From an uncultured Phycisphaerales bacterium (GTDB lineage: Bacteria; Planctomycetota; Phycisphaerae; Sedimentisphaerales; Anaerobacaceae): a stretch of DNA of 64,000 bases. A model generated the notes under the pieces. The model made no database searches, was not told the origin of the DNA, and worked only from the letters and a program-made list of their open reading frames with translations. Shown here piece after piece: positions 51,006 through 60,717 of this stretch. Location of the stretch: NCBI GenBank assembly GCA_963718665.1, contig OY970359.1, positions 1,632,001 through 1,696,000 on the forward strand, written 5' to 3'. The translations under genes and the position numbers were made by a program. Each line of letters begins with the position of its first letter. Position 1 is the first letter of the stretch.

Positions 51006-52082
51006 TTACCGTAAATACGTGTTTGCTCTGCTGCTTTTGACAACTTGGTACTCCGGTCCAGCGGTGATTAGAATGGCCTCGACGCCGTCCAGCGACTCAA
51101 CGAGTGCAAGGCCCTTTTCAGTCCCCATTACATTTACAGCCGTTGAAAGTGCATCCGCATCCACAGCAGTTGTGGCGAGGATGGTGTCGCTGCTTAACTT
51201 ACTTGCCCCAGTCGCAGTGCTCGTATCAATGATGTGACTGTATCTCTTCCCATCTATGGTCACAAACCGCCTGTAGTCGCCGCTTGTTGCAACCGCCATA
51301 TCATTCAATTTCAAGACCATCAACACCTGTTCCGCGCCAATGGCACCATTTGAGTTCGGCGGGTCTGCACCCGGTTGTGCCGCCACTGGGTTTTGCAGGC
51401 CAACCAGCCAGGTGTCTTTGTCTGCTGGTTTTCCGAAGCAGCGTATATCGCCGCTCGCACAGACCATACCACCAATGGCCCCCTCCCGCCGCATTGCCTC
51501 AATGGCCTTATCTACGGCGTAACCCTTTGCTATCCCGCCCAAATCCAGACGCATCCCCTTGACCGCAAACCGCACCGTTCGCTCATTCGCATCCAGTATC
51601 AGTTTTTCAAATCCGACGCGTGCTTTGGCGGCAGCAAGGGTATTTTCGTCAGGTACGGCGTTTGCCTTGCCCGCTTTATGCCAGAGGTCCACCAAAGGCC
51701 CAACGGTAATGTCAAACGCACCATTGGAAAGCCGACTGAACTCAACACTTTTTTGAAGTATTTCGAAAAGCTCGGGGCTGACCTTGACGGGGTTTGTAAA
51801 TGCCTCGCGGTTGACCCTGCTTAGCTCGGAGTCATTCTTGTAATCACTCATCATTGCATCGATTCGTTTGAGTTGCTCAAATCCTGCCTCGATGCAGCGT
51901 TTGCCCTGCCATTGGTGTTTTGCCACCGCCACTATTCTCGCCAATGTCCCCATCACCTCGCGGTAGCCGCCATCAATCTCAACCGGCTGGCGTATTTTTT
52001 CTGCCACAAAAAAATAAACGCCGACCAAAAGAACACCGGTGACAGCAATCTTTATCGCAACTCGCCTGCTACTGTTCTTCAA
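51006..52082 (-). CDS. apbE: FAD:protein FMN transferase
   Basis: MGT, GAFDITVGPL..LW, LDLGGIAKGYAVD, ATSGDYRR, YSHIID, ADALSTA. Confidence 0.9.
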   Translation of the reverse strand: MKNSSRRVAIKIAVTGVLLVGVYFFVAEKIRQPVEIDGGYREVMGTLARIVAVAKHQWQGKRCIEAGFEQLKRIDAMMSDYKNDSELSRVNREAFTNPVKVSPELFEILQKSVEFSRLSNGAFDITVGPLVDLWHKAGKANAVPDENTLAAAKARVGFEKLILDANERTVRFAVKGMRLDLGGIAKGYAVDKAIEAMRREGAIGGMVCASGDIRCFGKPADKDTWLVGLQNPVAAQPGADPPNSNGAIGAEQVLMVLKLNDMAVATSGDYRRFVTIDGKRYSHIIDTSTATGASKLSSDTILATTAVDADALSTAVNVMGTEKGLALVESLDGVEAILITAGPEYQVVKSSRANTYLR

Positions 52083-52122
52083 CTCTATCTCCAGAAAAAC
52101 AAAATTCGGGTAACTAAAAGGT

Positions 52123-55100
52123 TTATTGGGAGCCAGTCTTTTTATAGAAATTGGCCTCGTGTTCCGACAGTTTGTTTTCACGAATCAGGTTTTTGATTTT
52201 CTGTGTATCGACGTTTCTGGGTTGTCCTGCCGAAGGCGATGCTGCAATGGCGGTCGATGTGACCGGCAATTCCTTGATGAAACTTTCGACAGACACAGAA
52301 GCAATACCGATGGCAATAACAAGCACCGTCGGAAGAAAATAGCGAGAGACAAAACCAGCAACAGGTGATTCGGCGACAACGGATTTTTTCTCGTATCGGC
52401 ATTTGTCGCAATAGATACAATCGAGCTTATCATTGAAGCTCAACCCGTATTCGCAGTTGGCATATTGCTTCGCAGGCAAATATCGGCTGAATATCGCGAT
52501 TTTATTAAATAGCGACAAAAACGCCCCGGCAGGACACAGATACCGGCACCAGAAACGCGAATAGAAAAAAGAGCCGATAAGTGCCACGGCTACGATGAGC
52601 AGCAGGAACTCGTTAAAATGCCTGAAACTGAAGACTCTAATCAACGGGTCGATGGCGAGAGTATTATGATTTCGAGACAGGAAAAACGCAGCTATGAGAA
52701 CAAAAAGAATGACGAATTTGACGAATCTTCCTTCTTGTATCTGCTCCCTTGACAGAATCGGTCTGAATCGGGCCGGCAGAACATAACCGATAAATTCCTG
52801 CAAGGCGCCGAAAGGGCACAGATACCCGCAATAGATGTTGCCAAAAACAATAGCCAGCAACGGCGCTCCGATTGTAAGAATAAATACTCCCGTCGATACT
52901 AAAAGAGGGATAGCCAATGACAATAACGAGGCAATCTGTTCGGTAGAAAATTGTGCATTGAGAATAATACCGCCGAGCAAAACGTTAAAACCGAGGACAA
53001 ACAATCGTGTCCGGAAGCTGCCTCGATATATAATGATTAGAGTAAGTACTAAGGCAACAATAAGATATGCACCTTGTGAATCGGGCAGCCAACGGGCAAC
53101 AACGGCTGTCCTTTGCTGAGCGGTTTGACCGAGGATTTGAGTTGCGAAGGTGCTGCCTGATTGAGCGAGAGATTCAAGAACTGCTTTTGAACTGACGGTC
53201 GCGCCAGTGACGGCATCGACATTTGCGAATGGCTGAGGACTGAAAAGGGCGTGGTCTTTTAGTGAAGGCAACCAGTTAGTAAGCATATCGAGATAAGAGG
53301 GAGTTTCATTCGAACTAATTATGTGAAAATCGAGGAGATTACCTGCGGCATCGATGTGAATGGCGATATTTATTTTACCGCCGAAGCCTTGAACATTTGG
53401 GGCAAGCTCAGCGGAACTAAAAATGAAACCCGCGAGTTTGTCGTTGGCATCGTAGGTTTTAAAATAGGTCGCTGTCCTGCCGGTATTGGGTAGAGCAATG
53501 GTTGCGGCCTCAAGTCGGAGCGAGCCGACCAGGGCCTGAGCTTCGCGTAGCGGAAGTGCAGGAGCAAATCTGGCGCCTACGGTAACGAGCAGGTTTGAGC
53601 AAAGGATTAACGATACAGCAATGCCAAACAGTGCATAACCTGCTGAACGAAAAATTGGTGATACGAAAACTTTTTCTGGATGGCCTATTCTTAACAAAGT
53701 TGCGGGCAGGTTGGCAAGGGTGAGTAATATGAACATCAGTATTGTAATCTTTGCGCCAAGTATGGGGATAAGAACGAGGGCGGCGAACAGCCCACCTGCC
53801 GCTGCACCGATATGGTCGGCGTATTCGAGTCGTGCCGATGCCTGTGTAGTATTTAAACCGCTCACGGCCAAAAGATTGCCGGTTATCGGGAAGTAAGAAC
53901 CGGCGCACAAGCCGCAGACAATAAATGTAACTGCGAAACTTATATGAGACCAGCCCGGAGCGGGCCAAAAGGCAACGGCTGCCAGAACAGCACAATGGAT
54001 TAACAGAACAGCCATAAGAAGCACCTCAGAATTCCGCACATATTTCCTTTGCAGGAGGCGATTGGTAATTGTTGCGCCTGCGGCGAGGCCGGCCATATAC
54101 ATCGAAGAAATGGCACCGATATGCAAATAGATGGAGCCGAAACGGGTCTGGTAGAGATACATCAGAACGATTACGACACCGATACCGACAGCGCCCGTAG
54201 AAAAAAGCAGAAACGTGAAGTCAAAGGTTGACGCCTTAGAGGCAACTAGAGAAGTCAGAATAAATATCAATCGCAGAATCACATAAATGATAACAGGAAC
54301 TAAAAACACCGGAAGGCCGGCAAGCAAAAGATGTTTGAAAAATAAAGTTACAGGTGCATCAGATTGTTTTGCCGCGAGCAATAGAGCATATAGATTAGCC
54401 AGCGGCCTCGAATCACGATTGAGAAGATGCTCGGTGGGCAGGTCAACGGCATTATATGCGTCGAATGCCTTGGCGGCGCGGTCGGGCAGGTAGATACTCA
54501 AAAGACCATTGGGCGGATAGGAATTGGCGGCGTTTGGGATTAAGGCGAAACGTTCCCGCAGTATGCCGGGGTCACCTGTAAGGTTGTTAGAGTCGGAGAC
54601 GATAAACCAGGAGTTGTCGCCGGGCACAAGGGCAATATGAGAGAAAACCTGTTCGAGCGTGAGCTTTGTGGAGGCACCGATAGTGGCAAGCTCAGTACCC
54701 ATAATGTTCTCGCCAGCTGGAATACGAACAGCCAGAACGCCTGAAGAGCCAAGAGCAGTTTTCAACTGCTCATAAAACTCGATTGTAAAGTAACGATTAA
54801 GGATTGAACTTGTTGCGTCGGGAAGATTGACGATTACGAGGTCGAATCGTTCTTTTTGCCGGCTCAGCAAAGCACGCGGGTCATCTGTAAAACTCTCAAA
54901 TCGCTTATCAGAGATACTCATTTGTCGCGGCACAGATTCCAGGACGCAACGGATATACTCGCTGTCAGGATTGGCCCAAACGAGCCGGGCAATTTGCGGA
55001 AGCTGGAGAAACTCGCGACAAAGGCCAAGTCCCGAACCGACGATGAGAACGCGAGAGGCCTTAGGATTCTGCGATAGGGTAAGAGCGACAATTCTTCCGG

Positions 55101-55989
55101 CGGAAGTTGGGTCGGGTACGGCCTCGACAACACTGCCCTCACGGACGGCGACCCACTGGTTCTGGTAGAGGCCATAGAGGTATTCGGCCTGTGCGGTCTG
55201 AAAGGAGCCGGTAAGGGAATCCGCCGGGAGAAGGCGGGACCACTTGACGGTGCGCAAATAATTGGCAAGTGGTTTATCAGCGCCGAACGCCGCTGCAAAA
55301 CCAAGAAGAAGAACCAGCAGAAAAACCGGTGGTACAGTTATTTTGCGCGAATGATGCAACACTACAAACAAAGATGGCAGGATAGCAAATGAGAGAATAA
55401 AGGCGAGAAGAAGAAAAATTTTAACGGAACTTATACCAAAGGTCAGCAGCACCGTTGTGCCGAGACCGCCGATGAAGCTGCCAAGCGATTCGAGCAGGTA
55501 AACCCGCGAGACAGCAGGCGTGGTTTCGAGGGCGACCCAGCGACAGGTTAGAGGGAAAAGTAGGCCGGTGATGAAGCTGACGGGGGCATTAACCAATGCG
55601 CTTAAAAGCAAGGCGGCAGGGATGGGCAAAAGCGTATAAGGGGCAATGCCTGCAATTTGACGAATATGAATAATTAACAGCACCTGAAGAACAAAGGCAG
55701 GAAGATAACTCAGGTAGAGCATCTCAATATTTGCAAGCAGGAAGTCGGTGATACGTTTGCTTCTGTTGACCAACATTGCGCCGATGGCAATCCAGAGAAA
55801 CCAGCAGGCAAAAAATATACCGATAGTGATATCGTTGCTTTCGAAAGAGGTAATGAACTCCCTGAAGATAAGTGTTTGAGCGGAGATTGAGAACAGGCCA
55901 TAGGCAAATATCACGAAGCCACGGGTCACGCTGGCTGAAAACGCGGAATTACGAGGGGTACCGAGTTCGGCGTGGTCGGGTGACTTCAT
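52123..55989 (-). CDS. Large membrane fusion: TM block + spermidine-synthase-like domain + TM block + FMN-binding domain + NapH/NosR-type polyferredoxin
   Basis: RVLIVGSG, FDLVIVNLPD..NRYFT.EFY; GFGG.I..ETP, VDAVTGATVSS; YCGYLCPFG, WCRYLCPAG, CIYCDKC. Confidence 0.8.
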   Translation of the reverse strand: MKSPDHAELGTPRNSAFSASVTRGFVIFAYGLFSISAQTLIFREFITSFESNDITIGIFFACWFLWIAIGAMLVNRSKRITDFLLANIEMLYLSYLPAFVLQVLLIIHIRQIAGIAPYTLLPIPAALLLSALVNAPVSFITGLLFPLTCRWVALETTPAVSRVYLLESLGSFIGGLGTTVLLTFGISSVKIFLLLAFILSFAILPSLFVVLHHSRKITVPPVFLLVLLLGFAAAFGADKPLANYLRTVKWSRLLPADSLTGSFQTAQAEYLYGLYQNQWVAVREGSVVEAVPDPTSAGRIVALTLSQNPKASRVLIVGSGLGLCREFLQLPQIARLVWANPDSEYIRCVLESVPRQMSISDKRFESFTDDPRALLSRQKERFDLVIVNLPDATSSILNRYFTIEFYEQLKTALGSSGVLAVRIPAGENIMGTELATIGASTKLTLEQVFSHIALVPGDNSWFIVSDSNNLTGDPGILRERFALIPNAANSYPPNGLLSIYLPDRAAKAFDAYNAVDLPTEHLLNRDSRPLANLYALLLAAKQSDAPVTLFFKHLLLAGLPVFLVPVIIYVILRLIFILTSLVASKASTFDFTFLLFSTGAVGIGVVIVLMYLYQTRFGSIYLHIGAISSMYMAGLAAGATITNRLLQRKYVRNSEVLLMAVLLIHCAVLAAVAFWPAPGWSHISFAVTFIVCGLCAGSYFPITGNLLAVSGLNTTQASARLEYADHIGAAAGGLFAALVLIPILGAKITILMFILLTLANLPATLLRIGHPEKVFVSPIFRSAGYALFGIAVSLILCSNLLVTVGARFAPALPLREAQALVGSLRLEAATIALPNTGRTATYFKTYDANDKLAGFIFSSAELAPNVQGFGGKINIAIHIDAAGNLLDFHIISSNETPSYLDMLTNWLPSLKDHALFSPQPFANVDAVTGATVSSKAVLESLAQSGSTFATQILGQTAQQRTAVVARWLPDSQGAYLIVALVLTLIIIYRGSFRTRLFVLGFNVLLGGIILNAQFSTEQIASLLSLAIPLLVSTGVFILTIGAPLLAIVFGNIYCGYLCPFGALQEFIGYVLPARFRPILSREQIQEGRFVKFVILFVLIAAFFLSRNHNTLAIDPLIRVFSFRHFNEFLLLIVAVALIGSFFYSRFWCRYLCPAGAFLSLFNKIAIFSRYLPAKQYANCEYGLSFNDKLDCIYCDKCRYEKKSVVAESPVAGFVSRYFLPTVLVIAIGIASVSVESFIKELPVTSTAIAASPSAGQPRNVDTQKIKNLIRENKLSEHEANFYKKTGSQ

Positions 55990-57620
55990 TATTCTTCACC
56001 AAACACTTCGGCCTGGAAGACCTCAAAGGTTGCGCCTTTTTTCCAGCTGTCTGAAGATAATCCTGCCTTGAGGGATAAGTGCGTCAGTGTTTCTTCTAGA
56101 GTCCACTTCTGTTCCGGAGCAACCTGAGGCAAAAATAAGGCCGAGTAACCGTCTTTTTTCAGGATGACGCCATCCGTGCCCAATCGAATAAGATTATACG
56201 AGATGATGGGTTGCGGCACCGTAAGAGCAGATATTTCGATTTTAATACTGCTGAGTTCATCTTTCGTAACAGGTGTAAATCTCCAATCATTGACCGCCGC
56301 GTTAATCGCATTTGCGATGACCGACTTGTAAAGCGCCTGCCTCGGCATAACATCACCGATACATCCCCTTAAGTTCTTGTTTATTGTCAACGTCACAAAC
56401 GCAGCTCTGGAAATTTTCATCGCTTCGCTTATCGGAACATCCAATTCTTCAGGGGTAGGGACATTTCCATTTCGCAGATAAAACTCGATTGTTCTGCGAG
56501 CGAGCAGTAAAAGGTTGTTATGGTCTTCCTGCGTCAGTGCAGTATCTGTTTTTGCCGGCTCGACCTTAGCTTGTTTTTGCCAGTCGCCGTGAAAGGCGAC
56601 AGAGAGATAACTGACGGAATTGGTGAAATCGCCTGTTAGCTTGCCTGACGTGGTGTACTTGAGCAATTCCGGCCTGGTTCCGGACGGAAGCATCGAAAGA
56701 AGTATCGCAATCGGCACCCGGCCACAAATAGTCGCGCCTGTTTTATCGCAATATTGGCTAAAGCCGGTGCTATCCAGTTTTGAGATGTAATCATAAGCGC
56801 CCATATCGAGCTTTTTAAGCCCATCGGGGATATTCTGGTCAAATGGTACGTAGTTATAATTAGGGCCATAGTGAACAAAGTCAGAGCTTGCCACAACGAG
56901 GGTATTGCTATCGACTAACGATTTCAGGATTGAGGCCACTTTCTGCACCGTTTGCGGAGAACACTGGCCTGCGACAATTGGGACAAGTTTGAAATCTCCA
57001 AGGCGGTGTTGCAGCAGAGGCAGTTGCATAAAGACGCTGTGCTCGGTCTTGTATGCCTGTGGGATGTCCTTAAATAGTGGGGACTGTAAGAGTTTATTTA
57101 TAAACTCAGTATCAAGCGGTATTTCACCCAGCGGTGTCTGATAATGAGTTACGACTCCCGGAACGCTGAGAACATCCAGCATAGGAACCTGATGCGATGG
57201 CCCAATGACAATGACTCGCTTGTATTTTGCTTTCGCGGCTTTAACTCCAAAAGCGGCTGTTTGGCCCGAGTATGCGTAGCCGGCGTGAGGACTTATAATG
57301 GCAACGACATCGTCCGCAGATTGCACCTGGGCTTTTTGAAAGAAACCCTCGACTTGTTTTGCCAGCGCATTGGGGTCGTTTTCATGCCAGCCCATCTGCC
57401 CCATCGGCGAAGTCAGAACGGACCTGACAATCTGCGGTTGTTTTTGGGCTTCACTTTCGGCGGCTTTGGTTGATTGCGGGATTTCCAGAACATAAGGTAT
57501 TGTTTGCGGATTTTGGTGCAGATCCAGTTTAAGCAGATAAGCAGCGCCGAGAACAAAAAGAGAGACAACAACACCCCATATTAATTGACGAATTTGAATT
57601 TTATCGGGACTTTCAGACAT
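55989..57620 (-). CDS. AmmeMemoRadiSam protein B (MEMO1-like) + protein A (AMMECR1) fusion with N-terminal TM
   Basis: SPHAGYAYSG, IGPSH, EHS..QLP, ASSDFVHYG, TICG; AAFVTL..LRGCIG, D.RF, IEISALT, LFLPQVA. Confidence 0.88.
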   Translation of the reverse strand: MSESPDKIQIRQLIWGVVVSLFVLGAAYLLKLDLHQNPQTIPYVLEIPQSTKAAESEAQKQPQIVRSVLTSPMGQMGWHENDPNALAKQVEGFFQKAQVQSADDVVAIISPHAGYAYSGQTAAFGVKAAKAKYKRVIVIGPSHQVPMLDVLSVPGVVTHYQTPLGEIPLDTEFINKLLQSPLFKDIPQAYKTEHSVFMQLPLLQHRLGDFKLVPIVAGQCSPQTVQKVASILKSLVDSNTLVVASSDFVHYGPNYNYVPFDQNIPDGLKKLDMGAYDYISKLDSTGFSQYCDKTGATICGRVPIAILLSMLPSGTRPELLKYTTSGKLTGDFTNSVSYLSVAFHGDWQKQAKVEPAKTDTALTQEDHNNLLLLARRTIEFYLRNGNVPTPEELDVPISEAMKISRAAFVTLTINKNLRGCIGDVMPRQALYKSVIANAINAAVNDWRFTPVTKDELSSIKIEISALTVPQPIISYNLIRLGTDGVILKKDGYSALFLPQVAPEQKWTLEETLTHLSLKAGLSSDSWKKGATFEVFQAEVFGEE

Positions 57621-57621
57621 A

Positions 57622-57804
57622 TTATCCACTCCATTTGGATTGTGAATTAATGTTGGCGATGGGTTTTAATCGACCTGGGTATTTTGACAACGGCTTTGCC
57701 CACAGGAATCTACGAGGTACAACGGTTTTAGCCAACACCCAGCCGGCAACTAAGATAGTTGAGCCGGCAACCAATATTTTTTGCAGGAAACTGCGCCTTG
57801 TCAT
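57622..57804 (-). CDS. 60-aa protein with a twin-arginine-like N-terminus
   Basis: MTRRSFLQK + hydrophobic stretch; ATGA overlap with the radical SAM stop. Confidence 0.65.
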   Translation of the reverse strand: MTRRSFLQKILVAGSTILVAGWVLAKTVVPRRFLWAKPLSKYPGRLKPIANINSQSKWSG

Positions 57805-58793
57805 TTCCACACCCCGTATATTTTTTTGCCGCAATATGGGCAGCAGCCATCTTTCAGATTGTTCGCCACGACAACGTATTCCTGCCGTTCGATTAACATT
57901 TTATGGCAGCCGGGGCAATATGTATTCTCGCCCTGGCGGCTGCGAATATTGCCTATGTAAACATAATATAATCCCTCTTCCATAGCAATCTGTCTCGCCA
58001 AATCGAGCGTTTCCAGCGGTGTCGGCGGCAGATGCTGCATCTTATACTGCGGGAAAAAACGCGAGAAATGCAAAGGTATATCGCTGCCGAGATTTGTCCT
58101 GACCCACCGAGCCAGGCGTCTAATATCATCTGGCTTATCATTGAGCGTCGGTATAATCAGATTTATCACCTCAACGTGCACACCCATAGCAACAGCATCT
58201 ATAAGGCATTGCTGTACCGGCCCAACGGTACCCGAACAAAACTTTCGGTAAAAATCATCACTCATACCTTTAAGGTCAACACGGGCAGCGTCGGTAACTT
58301 CGAGCAGGCGCTTCCATGGTTTGGGATTACAATAAGCGGCCGTAACCAGCACATTACGCACACCGGCCTGTTTGGCAAGCCGGGAGGTATCATAAGCATA
58401 TTCGTAGTAAGCAATCGGGTCGGTATATGTATATGCGATTGATGGAGATTTATATTGCCGGGCATATGCGACGAGCTGTTCGGGCGAGACGAGAGAAGCG
58501 GTCGATTCTTCAGGATTGGCCTGCGAGATTTCCCAGTTTTGGCAGTTTAAGCAATGCAGATTGCAGCCAATCGTTGCAAGCGAAAGAATTGGCGTGCCGG
58601 GTAAAAAATGAAACAACGGCTTTTTCTCAACCGGGTCTATGTTAATGGAACACGGATAACCATAGACAACTGTGCGCAGGACGCCGTCTATATTGATTCT
58701 GACCCGGCAGTCGCCGCTCTGGCCGGGTGCAATGATACACTCCCTCGGACACAACTCGCACTGGACCTTTTGATTCATAAAACGCCTTCCCAA
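57801..58793 (-). CDS. amrS: AmmeMemoRadiSam radical SAM enzyme (5' end possibly truncated)
   Basis: VQCELCPREC, DPVEKKPLFHF, GCNLHCLNCQNWEISQ, HFSRFFP, YVYIGN, TYCP.C, CPYCG. Confidence 0.88.
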   Translation of the reverse strand: MGRRFMNQKVQCELCPRECIIAPGQSGDCRVRINIDGVLRTVVYGYPCSINIDPVEKKPLFHFLPGTPILSLATIGCNLHCLNCQNWEISQANPEESTASLVSPEQLVAYARQYKSPSIAYTYTDPIAYYEYAYDTSRLAKQAGVRNVLVTAAYCNPKPWKRLLEVTDAARVDLKGMSDDFYRKFCSGTVGPVQQCLIDAVAMGVHVEVINLIIPTLNDKPDDIRRLARWVRTNLGSDIPLHFSRFFPQYKMQHLPPTPLETLDLARQIAMEEGLYYVYIGNIRSRQGENTYCPGCHKMLIERQEYVVVANNLKDGCCPYCGKKIYGVWK

Positions 58794-58898
58794 ATACTAC
58801 GCACTAATTATAACAAAGTTGGGCAGGAGATTGGAGGATTTTAGATACTGGATACTTGAAGCACAATGCCAAGGCGTAAGGGTGTGTAGTGCTCCCCG

Positions 58899-59085
58899 TA
58901 CTATAAAAAAACTCATCCGATGCTAAGTTTTGAGGACACCTGACCTTACAAGCAGCTTATTTCGCTGAAATTGGTAGCATTCCCTTTGGTTCTGCGATAT
59001 GATTCCTATGTCGGGAGCGCCTTAGCGGGCTTTTGAAGTCATACAGGAGAGAGGCTTGATGGGTGGTATGAATATTTTTACAGTA
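58899..59085 (+). repeat. ~190-bp island repeat, copy C
   Basis: Closely matches copy A; terminal inverted repeats intact. Confidence 0.85.
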
Positions 59086-59162
59086 CGCCACCTGACAGAT
59101 TGTCCCGCCGCAAAAATCGTAAATTTGAGATTGCAAAAGGGAGAAGCTTGATTAAATGGGTT

Positions 59163-59603
59163 TTACCCTTTAACGCCCGCCGAATCTTTAGCGAACTGCC
59201 GCGGCATTTTTGCCTTAAAATAGTCCCTGTATTTCATATCACATTTGAGGATGTGGAGCATCAGCCATATTTTAAGGAATTCCACAATCTCACTGAAGAC
59301 CATTGATTGATTATCCAGGGCGTTTATGGATAGTTCGGCCGTTGTCTCGATGAAGTAGGCGTGCTGCTCTTTGTGTGATTCAAGCTCTGGATAGCCGTAT
59401 TCCTGCATAAGTTCTTCTTCATCTGCAAAATGCTCTTTCGCGTAGTTAAGCATTTCCGTCAACGCATGTGAGACCAGCTTTAAATCTGGGGATGCAGCGG
59501 TCCGTTCGATGAGTTTATTGACAAGTTCAAACAGGTGCTGGTGTTGACGGTCGACTTTCTCAACGCCCAAGCTGTATTCATCTTTCCAGTAGAACTTTTC
59601 CAT
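59163..59603 (-). CDS. Bacteriohemerythrin
   Basis: W...YS.G...VD.QH, HF..EE..M, H...H, WL..HI...D. Confidence 0.9.
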   Translation of the reverse strand: MEKFYWKDEYSLGVEKVDRQHQHLFELVNKLIERTAASPDLKLVSHALTEMLNYAKEHFADEEELMQEYGYPELESHKEQHAYFIETTAELSINALDNQSMVFSEIVEFLKIWLMLHILKCDMKYRDYFKAKMPRQFAKDSAGVKG

Positions 59604-59787
59604 TTTAATCTCCCTCGTTCAGGCTGTGTCTATAGGCCTCGCTCTTTGGTATATCCGGAACACCTGCTGTATCTGTTTTATCGGCGTTCCAAGCCGCTGG
59701 AGTTACTATTTTTTGATGCTTTTCGGAGCGCAGCGAAGACCCCGGAATGTCATTATCCGGGGTCCGGTCCTCACCCTTGCCTCCCCG

Positions 59788-59893
59788 TACTATAAAAAAT
59801 TCGTCCGATGCTAAGTATTTGGGAAAGCTAATCTTATAATCGGCTTACTTTGTTGAAATTGGTCGATTTTCATTCGGTTCTGCGCCATAATTC
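59788..59893 (+). repeat. Island repeat, copy D (5' half only)
   Basis: TACTATAAAAAATTCGTCCGATGCTAAGTATTTGGGAAAGC matches copy A. Confidence 0.8.
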
Positions 59894-60717
59894 TCCCCAG
59901 CGCTCTCTGTAACGTAATCTTCTGATACGGCTTAAGCCGCCGCGCACCATTTCTCCCGGAAGGCATTTTTCATGTGAAGCGGCCACGAACGCGCCCCGCT
60001 AGTGGATTACAGAGATAACTTCCTATCAAGCAGGGAGTTCTCTCTTTTTCTTTGCTCCCCAATTACCCGCTATGAACCTAAGTTTTGTGGTGATTGTTTT
60101 GGGCTTTAGGGGTAAAATCTGGTATGCTCTACCATAGAGTCGGCTGTTAATAAACGGAGCTTTATTTGAGGGTGCTGGGCCGGCTTTTGGGTGTGGGGTC
60201 GGTCCCGGCGCCTTCTTTTATTGGCATATCAATCATTCCCAACAGTGGTATTTTCATGAGCGGTGTTTTCTAATCGACTCTGTGAATCTTCCTTAATGCA
60301 TCTACAAAATCAGAATGCTTGCTTTTAATATTCAATGGGCTCCTTTCCGGGCTATTCCGGCCCGCTATCATGGAGCCAAAAGCGTCAATTTTTTAGAATA
60401 TCCTCCTTAAACCCTTACCTCTCTACTATGCACTGTCCCACTTTCTGCTGACGGCGAACGGAGTATGCTAATAAAGATTTTCTTTTGTTGTGCCTTGGAA
60501 AGTCTCTTTCTCTCCAAGGGCGTTCTTATATTTGTTTGCAGAAAGTTCCATTTAGCGTCACCTACGGCAACATCATATAATTGCTCTTCCTTTTGAAGTA
60601 AGCCATACAGTGCAAAAACCCCAGAATTTTTTGCCTGAGACCTCCAGAGGTTGATGAATTACACGGAAAATGCCGATATATATTGCGTTCAGTTGACATA
60701 TATGATAAGATGACGCA

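Noticed and set aside
51330..51390. Repeat-derived insert in ApbE (AAQPGADPPNSNGAIG)
   Set aside because: No clear match to the REP families in this window; may be a normal variable loop
60070..60560. Gene between repeat D and abiEi
   Set aside because: Only short broken frames; no identifiable product
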